A DNA stretch of 64,000 nucleotides from Ostrea edulis. Its lineage: Eukaryota. Of this stretch, positions 37,175-48,400 are shown piece by piece; position 1 is the first letter of the stretch, and each line of letters begins with the position of its first letter. The position numbers and the translations under genes are program-made. Under the pieces are notes generated by a model that saw nothing but the letters and a program-made list of their open reading frames with translations, was not told the origin of the DNA and searched no databases. The stretch spans positions 10,292,001 to 10,356,000 of the forward strand of contig NC_079169.1 of NCBI RefSeq assembly GCF_947568905.1, given 5' to 3'.

Positions 37175-40100
37175 TTACATAACGTCAGTTTCACAGATGA
37201 ATTTAGATGGAATTGAGCAGGTATAGTCTCCCCAGCGTCCGTGGTAGGCCTGCCACAACAGCACACAGTTTCCAGTGGTATGCTGGTTAGGTTCACCAGG
37301 GAAAAAATCGTTAAAAGTGATTTCAGTCTGGTCAGAATATTCCCATCTTCCTTCCTCAATGATATCAGATATACCGATCCAGAAATTGCCCCCTGTTTCC
37401 ACAAAAAGGTATCAGAAAAACTAAACAAAGACCATGTTCATCACAAGGCATGCATACTTTAACTTAAATATAGTGGTGCCTTGTTAATCCAAACACCGGT
37501 TGTTTACAGGAACTATATATTTGTGCAGAGTTAATAATCAGCCAAAAACGCAACATTTTATAAAGAGAATGGCTCAACATATATTAAATAGCTCAACCAC
37601 TGCTTATGTGCTTACTATGTGGAAATTAGCCCTAGTCTGTGTTCCCAATCAGTTGGACATCATAATCAAAACATGAATATCGGTGTGACCTTTATACCGG
37701 TGTGACCTTTATACCGGTGCGACCTTTATACCTTGGGATTGGCTGTGGCTCATTAAAAACTTGGATTCAGCTGCAGTTCTTGGTTCGGCCAGCTTGGAAT
37801 GGAATACACTACAAACGCCCTGAAATATCGAAAATACAAAGGAAAACATAGCGACCAACCACTGTGTAAAATTTACATCCGTTTTGATGATATAATGTTG
37901 TTTCAGTGTTATAGAAGTATAAAATAAGATAAAACTCACGGCAGCATCTGCCCAGCTGTCTAGTGTATGACTGAACAAGTAACATTTATCTTGAAACTGT
38001 ATCCAGCCCACATTACATCCTATTCAAGAGTATGAAAATAATGTAATCGCAAGCAGAATTAGCTATCCAAATAAAAATCATCGAAGCAATGTTTGCAGAA
38101 AAGGATATAAATATATGAATATACAACTAAAACATATACATATATCAATATACAACTAGAATATATATACTAGCGGGAAAAAGAAACTGCATTATAAAAT
38201 TTAGGATAATTTATTTATATATATTGTTTATATTTATAAAATCTAAACAATCGATAAAGGTGATGTTTTTGAACAATATCGGATAGTACCCGACTCAGAC
38301 GCACGGACTTTTTCATGGTTAGTGAACACATGTCGTTTATTGAAGTGTTCGTACGCACGAGTTTTACTGGTCAATACTGTTTGGAGTAAGAAGTGTAAAA
38401 GGTTTGTTTGGACACTATTCGTTAAGGAAAGCACTTTAGTTTTGACAATATTTACTCTTCTGTCATGCCACGATTCAGCGAAAAGCAAGCGTGATCGTGC
38501 TCTTGGGATGCTTCAAGCTGGAATGGCACAAAATATCGTAGCAAGACACTTTGTAGTTCATCAGAATACCATCCAGTCATTATGGAGACGTTTCGAACAA
38601 TCTGGTAACACTCGGGATCGACCATGTTCTGGGCGTCCTCGTGTGACGTCGCGTCGACAGGACAACCACATTAGACTTGTGGACCTGAGAAATCTTTTCC
38701 AGACGGCAAGTTTGACTGCTTGTAGCATTCCTGGACTTCGACCAATCAGTCCAAGAAATGTGCGTAATCGTTTGCGCGAGCAAAAGTCCAGCGGTGGGAC
38801 CAATACTGCTACAACATCATCGTATCGCTAGAATAGCGTGGTGCAGACGACATCTGCGATTGAGAATACAGGACTGGGCCAATATTCTGTTCACTGATGA
38901 ATCCAGATTTCATGTGGATAGCAGTGACGGCCATTATAGAGTGTATCTTCACGTTGGGGAGCGGTACCAGGACGCTTGTGTTGTGCAACGTCGACAATTC
39001 GGTGGAGGTAGCGTTATGGTGTGGGGTGGAATAACAGCACGTGGAAGGACCCCTCTATAAATTGTCAATGGAAATCTCACCGCGGCGTACGCTATCGAGA
39101 CGAAATTATTCAGCGCCATGTGATACCCTTCATACAGAGACAGCAAAATCACATCACTCTGCAGTAAGACAACGCAAGGCCACATGTTGTACGTGTAGTC
39201 AGGGACTTTTTTGTTCAACAGAATGTCGATATCTTGCCTTTGCCAGCTGTTTCCCCGATTTATCGCCGATCAAGCACGTCTGAGATGAAATAGAACGACG
39301 TCTACGCTGTTTACCAAATCAGTCAGTGACATTGGCTGATTTAGGCCAGGCTTTAACTAACATCTGGAACAACATCCCTCAAGCATTTCTGAACAATTTA
39401 GTGGCATCAATGAGGCGCCGTTGTCAAGCATGCGTGAATGCACATGTTGGTCGCACGCGTTATTAACTTTCTTAATTCAAGTCCGAATACCAGTGTCTTT
39501 CGAGTGTGCTGAAATTGACGTTATTTAAGAAATAAGATATCATTTTTTAATGTTGTTGGGATATGACATGAATTTGGTCACGTGATCAAATCCTATAACG
39601 CCCGAAGGGCGTTATAGTAGATTTGATCACGTACCAACTTCATGTCATCTCCCAATAACATTCAAAAATGATATTTTATTTCTTATATTTATATTTTATA
39701 TTTTGATTTGTGTTCTTACCGAGCTTCCATGATTATGTAGCAGATGACCAAAATAACGATCGTAGAACACAAAATATAGTTCGTTAGAGTTTTATCGAAT
39801 AAAAAATTAGGAACAATATAAAAGAGAATATAAGATAGGGATATTTAATTGAAATTGTTAAAAAAAAAAAAAAAAGACTAAACATGTGTAAAATAAAGGT
39901 AATTTAGAGCGTAAAGTTAACTGAAATGACGACAAGAAGAGCGGAGTAAACTACATCCGTGATGTGATTTGGTCGCGATCAGCGATGGAGAAACTGGTGT
40001 CGTGTCGGGCTAGCTTACTAAGTTGAAAACGCTTGTTGATCACAAATTTTGACAGAAATTCAAAGAATCTGAGAGAATTGATGGTGGATATGATGGGTCA

Positions 40101-41549
40101 AGTTAACGTTAAGCTCTTAGTCAGGTTTTTGAAAAGAAACAACGGTATGTTCATCGTTAGGACTCGTGGTAAACGTAGCCATGCAGGAGACGATACGCGC
40201 GATTCAAGACAGTAGGACAGATTTAGACAAAGTGCAGGTAGGTTGCTTCTTTTATTTACATTCAGTGTGTGTAAAAGAAAATAAAAACGAACTGACGGAG
40301 TTTTTGTTCACTTGAGAAATTTCTGTTGTAGGAATTTAATGAAGACTCGCACCGGTACCCTGACATGAACATCTAAATTTTTCGAGCCTCGAAACCAGCC
40401 TCGCTTATGATCATGCCGAGTCATAGCCGTGATGGAAGTTGTCAGGAAACAACAGATTAACTTATCATCATAAAGTAAATAGGCTTATAACTCTGTCTAC
40501 ATGTCTTCGCTTCCAATATCATAGAACTTTATAAAATCGCCATGCAGAAGTTGAAGACGGTATTTAAAACTATATAAAATGAAACAACAGAATGATATGT
40601 TTAATGTTTCTCTTTTATAAATTGATGAAATTCTTGTTTGTTTACAACATAAAATCTGTATAAATATCCTGCTGCGTTTGTTTCTGTTATCATATCATTT
40701 CAGTGGCGAATCCAGATTTTACGAAGGGGTGTGTATGTGTTTTAAAGTCAAGTACTAGCCAAAATACTCAGCCATTTTGGGTGCCAATCTCGAATTTTAC
40801 TCACACTATTTCTATTATTTAAATTTGTGGGTGTGTGTGTGTCTAAATTCCCCACTGCATTGCATAAACAACAAGCCAGGTGAAAATACAGGAACTGACT
40901 TTTGAAGCGGTGATTGTATTCATACGCAAGAACAAACTGATCACGTGACCAAATTCATGTCATACGAAATTGAACATCGATTTCATTAGTACTGTCATAT
41001 AAGGAAGTGCATTGGCAAATGTAAATATTCGACGTTATCATTAATGGATTATGAAATGTTGTAACGAATACATTTGTTAACAGTATTACAAAAAATAAAA
41101 TTTGTTCATTGTTAATTTTTTATTATTTTTTCTTAAATAATGCAGTTTCTTTTTTTTCCGCTAGTATACATATATCTATATCCAACTATAATATATACAT
41201 GTATACAAACAACTATAATATAAAAATGTAAAAAAAAAAAAAAAAAAACAAACAAAAAACAAAACAACAAAAAAAACAACCAAACAAACAAACAAAAAAC
41301 AAAAAAAACAAAACATGCGCATTTCGACAAATAATGTCTCCAGTGATGCTCAATATATATAGGTATCTATATAAAACTATCATATATGCATGTATATATA
41401 ACTAGAATATATACATGTATCTGAACACAACTATAATATAAACATATATTTATATAGAACTATAAAATATGCATGTATCTATATACAACTATAATATATA
41501 CATGTATCTGTATAGACCAATAATATATACATGTATCTATATACACCTA

Positions 41550-41600
<51 letters not shown>

Positions 41601-42339
41601 CGACTAGAATTTATACATGTATCGCTATACTACTAGAATATATACATGTATCTATATACAACTAGAATATATACATTTAATATACCTCAGAACGTTTTTG
41701 CTATATAAATGTTAGGTGAATAAATTTGCTATTTTAGCCGTGAAATAGTTTCTGAACTATCTCACCCTAGGGAAATAGTCTCGAAACTATTTACCGGATA
41801 CTATATTTTCCCGGGTTTTCTTTTCTGTGACGTCAAAGTTTGATAACTCTAACTAGTTTACCACTCGGATCACCTCGGTCGATTCCATCTAGGCTAATGC
41901 CGAATGTTAGTTTACTTCACTTTGGTATGTCTGACACAAGTAAAGTCTACTTCAGTGTAATAAAACACATTTACTGACTATTCGGACAATAGCAAGTTTA
42001 TTGTCCCCCAAGACAGCAACTATTTCCCTCGGCTGCACACTCGGCTGCGCCATGGGAAATGGTTGCTGCCTTGGGGGACAATAAACTTGTTATTAACCTC
42101 ATAGCCAGTAAATAGGTGTATACTATCTATATACACCTAGAATATATACATCTATCTATATACAACTTGAATATATGCAACTAAATTGATTTTATTTTTA
42201 ATTGACATTAACTGGTTACCTCTTTCATAAAGATTCCTTTATGATGTTGTTCGAAATGCAGTAGTGTTAAAATTGATGGAGTGTGCTTACCGTGACATGA
42301 TGTGAAACCAATAAATAACCAAACGGAAAGCAGTTTCAT
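37175..42339 (-). CDS. C-type lectin CTL-4 (perlucin-like, secreted, EPN/WGD), 4 exons, 144 aa
   Basis: Exons 42339-42291 (MKLLSVWLFIGFTSCH), 38019-37940 (GCNVGWIQFQDKCYLFSHTLDSWADAA), 37819-37732 (GVCSVFHSKLAEPRTAAESKFLMSHSQSQ), 37392-37175 (GGNFWIGISD...FFPGEPNQH...WGDYTC...FICETDVM*). GT-AG introns, phases match. Confidence 0.92.
38465..39466 (+). pseudogene. Tc1-family DDE transposase, frameshifted
   Basis: HTH region (RDRALGML...VARHF...GRPRVTSRRQD), ILFTDESRF, GGGSVMVWGGI, DNARPH, PDLSPIKHV and C-terminal GRTRY*. Several frameshifts and stops. Confidence 0.9.
40701..40857. mobile_element. 157-bp MITE (CAGTGG...CCACTG), imperfect 5-bp TSD
   Basis: TIRs cagtggcgaatccaga / tctaaattccccactg, flanked by CATTT / CATTG. 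Confidence 0.65.
41690..42120. mobile_element. Non-autonomous element with internal hairpin, specific to the CTL-4 unit
   Basis: Inverted repeat ttattgtcccccaagacagcaactatttccc ... gggaaatggttgctgccttgggggacaataa. It sits in the TA-rich minisatellite and is absent from the other two units. Confidence 0.55.
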
Positions 42340-43285
42340 GTTCGTCTGAAGAATGGAAGTTCTCGACGTTTGTTGTTATCAATATATTACGCTATCTTTA
42401 CCTATTCTGCTTCAAGTAATCTCTAGCCTACACACGTAGTAAAGACATGAGGCACATTTCATACTTTACAATTTCACCTAAACCCCGATCGTTTTAAACA
42501 ATTATTAATAAAAGGAAGCACAGACCTAGGATTTCCGCAATTGCCTAAGTTGTACTCATTTCAATTTTTAAAATCATTTAGTCTTCATCAGCTCTAACAT
42601 TTACTGACAAACCACTAGGATCCTATGTATCAATGTGAGAGTGGAACAGGACACCAGATTTGGATTTCTTGAAAAATCCCTCATGCTTAAGTTTGATATT
42701 TATTTTATTTCATCAGTCAAAATTTACTTAAAATCCCAGACTTAAGTCCAAATTTCGACCTCAGATTTTTTATACCTGAGAATTTTTATTTGTCACCGAA
42801 TTTCAGAAACCCTTACTTACCTCAAACACTTCGTTCGTGTTTCATGAGTAGGTCTACAGCGTTGAAATTGATGGTTTAAACCCATCTTTCTCGGTCACTT
42901 CATCTTATCTGAAAATGTTTTAACAGATGTCTCTTTGAAATTACACTTGAAATATTAACTGAGCTTCAGCTTGCCTATGGAAGGAGGTTGCCTTGCAGAT
43001 GAAGATAAAACCTCATTGATACTGCCCTGAGCGCTAAGCATAGGTGTGTATTTGAATTTTTTTGTGGTACCTCACCTACAGTTGTTGACATCTCAGTGTG
43101 AGTGAAAAATTCTTGAAGGGGCGTAAAATAAACAAACCCAAGTTCCTTGGTACATCACGATAGTTTACAATTTGCAACATATCATACCGTATAACGAGTA
43201 TTTTCTGCGGTTGCCCTTTTTGCGGTTAGGACTAATCCGTAAAAATTACAATCACAAATTTTAAAGTATCATTTGGTCGTTATAA

Positions 43286-44360
43286 TGCAAGGTGAAGATA
43301 ACGAACAGTGATCAATCTCATAACTCCTACAAGCAATACAAAGTAGATAGTTGGGCAAAGACGGACCCCTGGACACACCAGAGTTGGGATCAGGTTCCTA
43401 GGAGGAGTAAGCATCCCCTGTTGACCGGTCACACCTGCCGTGAGCCCTATATCCTGATCAGGTAAACGGAGTTATCCGCAGTCAAAATCAATGTGCCAAG
43501 AACGGCTTAACAATCGGTATGAAACACGTCAGACATCATTTGACCCAAGGCGAGGTTGTATTGACGAACTAGATCGTTATAACGACCATAGAATTTGCGA
43601 AATGCTGACTTCAATCGAGACTGTTGAAATCCCTGTACCATCAACTTGTTTGTCAGTAGCTTACCTCGATTTAAAAACTGACTATATCCAGAACAAGCTC
43701 TTGCATATCGAATCAGTTGAGATATATAAACACCATATGCAGGTGATAATGGAATATTGCTACACAAATATGGGAAGTTGACGATGGAGAAGCTGAAATC
43801 ATCCCGTTTGTCATACAGTTGAGTTGTCATTTTGCCGTTAATGTTTACTTTCAATAAAATATCTAAGTATGAAGCAGAAGTGGACGACTCTGTGGTGTCC
43901 TTTATTTCGAGCTCACAGGGATATATCAAATCGACATATGAATGAAAGCTATCATTGTTAATAGACAAAACGTCATCGATATATCTAAAAGTCGAATTGA
44001 AGGTCACAGCGAGAGATTTTTTCTTCTCACGTAGAAGTTTTTGAATAAATTCTGCTTCATATGAATGTAAAAACAGGTCAGCTAACAAAGGAGCACAGTT
44101 TGTGCCCATGGGAATTCCAACAGACTGTTGAAAGACCTGATCACCAAAGACCACGAAGATATTGTCAATGAGGAACTCTAGCATATATTTTTTATTTCAA
44201 CTTCAGAGTACTTGTGCGTGGAATCAGAGTGGTGTTTAACAAAGTAAGTTTTGAATGACTGTTCACTAGATATGAATATTTCCGTTTTCCGTTTTTGTTG
44301 AAGAAGCAACTGTCTATGATGTCAAAAAGTCTAGTCTTTAATTTATCGTGAATCATGGAA
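43286..44360 (-). mobile_element. Naiad-type (N-terminal EN clade) Penelope-like element, 5'-truncated, best-preserved RT
   Basis: ORF 43507-44184 has GIPMGTNCAPLLADLFL, FRYIDDVL, YLDI, LYDKRDDF and AYGVYISQLIRYARAC. It stops right after the RT thumb with no C-terminal GIY-YIG. An upstream frame (HDKLKTRL...NKNGKRKY) is joined by a frameshift. Confidence 0.85.
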
Positions 44361-44370
44361 GTTACCAATA

Positions 44371-44590
44371 CCGTTCTTGGCACACTGATTTTGACTACAG
44401 ATTACTCCGTTTACCTGATCAGGATATAGGGTTCAAGGCGGGTATGACCGGTCGCCAAGGACGCTTACTCCTCCTAGGCATCTGATCCCACCTCTGGTAT
44501 ATCCAGGGGTCCGTGTTTCCCCAACTCTCTATTTCGTTTTCCTTGTGGGAGTTATGAGATTGATTGCTGTTTGTTGTCTTCACCTTTCAC
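44371..44590 (+). mobile_element. Older Naiad-type 3' tail, fused directly to the 5' end of the inverted copy
   Basis: ccgttcttggcacactg...cttcacctttcac. Orthologous to 54800-55100. Confidence 0.8.
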
Positions 44591-45448
44591 ATACTTGCTA
44601 AAAGATGCAAGCGCCGAAATTGAAAACGCAGATTATTTGCTTTCATTTACAGATTAAATCGCAAAAATTTCCAATCGCAGAAAATACCCGTTATATGGCT
44701 TGTTCCCTGGAACATTCTGGTGCCTCATGTTTGGAAACACACCATGTCTGATAATGTGTACTTAAATTTTTTTTAGGAAGACAACAGACTCCTGGCTTAT
44801 AGGTTATCCTTTATTTTTCCTGAATTTGAATAATTGTTACTTAAATCATCCAATAAGATCTGAACCAGGTAATCTACAATGCAGAAATAATTGGCATAAA
44901 ACAATGAATTTATATCATTTTTTCTACAATCACTTATATCCCGCCATCATGTATTATATGGCTGTTAAACTTATTGACTTTGAAGCACATGATTGTTCTC
45001 GAAAATAAATCATTTCAGTGGTGCATAATGTATTTCCAAAAATAACATGTTTAAATGTGAATATAAGCGCTAAAAAAAATTCCATTCATTTATTTTACAT
45101 CTATTGTATTCATAACACACAAACGTGCAGGCAAGTTTCCATTACGAGTTACATGTACATGTAAATTGCATTATGATGTTAACAATATTTTTGTGCGACA
45201 TTGTGATTAATGGTCAAATAATAACATTTAAAGTTTTTTCTTTATAGCAAGATAATGTTGTATTGTAGATAATCAAAATTTAGGGGTTCATCGCAGACTT
45301 GACATCAGCCAAAGAAAATATCTAAAAATCATCGAAAACAAAAATGCAGTTCATACTAAGTATCATATCCCTATTCATGTTGCCACATCTCAGAATCGAC
45401 AGTCATAGTATTCAATAGACAAACATAAGTGCATGCTGCAAAACTAAC

Positions 45449-48400
45449 TTACATAACGTCAGTTTCACAGATGAATTTAGATGGAATTGAGCAGAAATAG
45501 TCTCCCCAGCGTCCGTGGTAGCCCTGCCACAATATCGCACAGTTTCCAGTGGTATGCTGGTCCGGTTCACCAGGGACAAAATCGTTAACAGTGATGACAG
45601 TCTGGTCAGAATATTCCCATCTTCCTTCCTCAATGATATCAGATATACCGATCCAGAAATTTCCCCCTGTTTCCACCAAAAAAAATATCAGAAAAACAAA
45701 CATACCATGTTCACCACAAGGCATGCATACTCTACTTACTGACGTATAAATAGTGTGGTACCTCGTTAACCCGAACACCGGTTGTTTACAGGAACTATAT
45801 ATCGTGAAGAGTTACGCAGCCAAAAACGCAATATTTTACAAAGAAAATGTCTTAATATTGCTCAAAATGGGAAAATTAGTTCCTATTCAGTTGGATATCA
45901 TAATCAAGAAATGAATACCAGTGCGACCTTTATACCTTGGGATTGGCTGTGGCTGATTAAAAACTTGGATTCAGCTGCAGTTCTTGGTTCGGCCAACTTG
46001 GAATGGAATACACTACAAACTCCCTGAAATATTGAAAATACAAAGAAAATTATGCAGGGTCACCCCATTTCAGCATCACCCCGGGCCACCCTATTTTCTA
46101 CAGTTCACTACGCTTTAAAAATAGTTCCACATAAAAGTGAAAGTACAATGCAGACAATGTATAATGCATACTACCAAAGGAAAATGAATATTGAGCAGGT
46201 CATTATTGATCATTTATGTGTCATCATTTTAAGCCAAGTTATCTGCAACCCCCGATTTTCCCAAATACAAGAATATTATATTAACCTAGCTTATAATAAA
46301 TGCAACGCAATGAAATTCAACTTGGAATATCATCCTTTTATTTATTTGCAATCTATTTACAGATAGTTATTATAAGATAATGTTGCACCGGGGTGACCTC
46401 TGGTCACCTATTGATTTCAGACATTACAATTATGTTACTATGCATCATATTTTATGATGCTACATAGTACAACAGTGTCAAGATGAAATGTTTAGCTCAC
46501 CTGAGCCAAAGCATAAAATGAGCATTTTTGTTCATTTGTCTGTCCGTTTATAAATGTTTTATCTACTGGGCATGTTTTCACCAACCTTAAGTAAACGTTG
46601 TCCAAATTTATGTTCATGTGGTTTATGGGTAATTTGTTTAAATTATGTTATAATTTGACTGTGTAATTGTTCATTAGAATTGTTGTAAGTAGAAAATAAA
46701 ACGTATATAAAGCGTGTCTGTAAGATAAGAGATAACGGGAAGTATGAATTTCGGACGTAACAGGAGATTGGTCATGTGGTCACTCTACCAGTTACCTGGC
46801 TATGTATTTGAAATAGAAGTAGAAAAATATACACAAGGGTGACCTAAGATCATCAATACGCTGAAATGTCGGTTACCACGGGACAGCTTTCTATGATCTG
46901 AAAGTATAATAGGTGATCAGAAGTAACCCTTATATGATATTTACATCAACGACTGCCCAAATATAACCTTATATGACCACTATACATCAATAGGTAACCA
47001 GATGTAACCCTTATATGACCATTATACATCACTAGGTAACCAGATGTAACCCTTATATGACCATTACATCAATAGGTAACCAGATGTAACCCTTATATGA
47101 CCATTACATCAATAGGTAACCAGATGTAACCCTTATATGACCATTACATCAATAGGTAACCAGATGTAACTCTTATATGACCATTACATCAATAGGTAAC
47201 CAGATGTAACCCTTATATGATATTTACATTAACGAGTGCCCAGATGTAACTCTTATATGACCATTTACATCAATAGGTAACCAGATGTAACCCTTATATG
47301 ATATTTACATTAACGAGTGCCCAGATGTAACCCTTATATGATATTTACATCAATAGGTAACCAGATGTAACCCTTATATGATATTTACATTAACGAGTGC
47401 CCAGATATAACCCTTATATGACCATTACATCAATAGGTAATCAAATATAACCCTTATATGACCAATGCATCAATAGGTAACCAGATGTAACCCTTATATG
47501 ATATTTACATAACCAGTGCCCAGATGTAACCCTTATATGATATTTACATCAATAGGTAACCAGATGTAACCCTTATATGATATTTACATTAACGAGTGCC
47601 CAGATGTAACCCTTATATGACCATTACATCAATGGGTAACCAGATGTAATACTTATATGACCATTACATCAATAGGTAACTAAATGTAACCCTTATATGA
47701 TATTTACATCAATAGGTAACCAGATGTAACCCTTATATGACCATTACATCAATGGGTAACCAGATGTAACCCTTATATGACCATTACATCAATAGGTAAC
47801 CAGATGTAACCCTTATATGACCATTACATCAATGGGTAACCAGATGTAACACTTATATGACCATTACATCAATAGGTAACCAGATGTAACCCTTATATGA
47901 CCATTACATCAATGGGTAACCAGATGTAACCCTTATATGATATTTACATCAATGGGTAACCAGATGTAACCCTTATATGACCATTACATCAATGGGTAAC
48001 CAGATGTAACCCTTATATGACCATTACATCAATGGGTAACCAGATGTAACCCTTATATGACCATTACATCAATAGGTAACCAGATGTAACCCTTATATGA
48101 CCATTACATCAATAGGTAACCAGATGTAACCCTTATATGACCATTACATCAATAGGTAACCAGATGTAACTCTTATATGACCATTACATCAATAGGTAAC
48201 CAGATGTAACTCTTATATGATATCATGGGATGAACTGAAGTAACCCTTTTATAATGGTGACCACGGGTAACCTTTGTAGATACAATAATCAACAGGTTGG
48301 AAACATTTTCTCTATATCGATATGATTCCACTAAAGTATTTTAAGGTTCTATACAATGGTGAAGTGTATTGATCTGTAAGCATCGAAACAAAACTGTCAA

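Larger units (their letters stand above)
38170..41164 (+). mobile_element. Tc1/mariner transposon with nested insertions, in CTL-4 intron 1
   Basis: TA-flanked TIRs CTAGCGG(A)nGAAACTGCATTAT at both ends, with a transposase remnant inside. Confidence 0.85.

Noticed and set aside
38322-39283. Overlapping ORFs on both strands as separate genes
   Set aside because: All are frames or antisense shadows of the broken Tc1 transposase.
43491-43781. Recurrent plus-strand ORF MCQERLNNRYETRQT... (also 18314-18553)
   Set aside because: It is the antisense frame of the Naiad RT C-terminus and recurs only because the element recurs.
43507-44184. Selenocysteine recoding as reported for some clam and spider Naiads
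   Set aside because: The preserved RT segment has no in-frame TGA and ends in TAA, so nothing here supports it.
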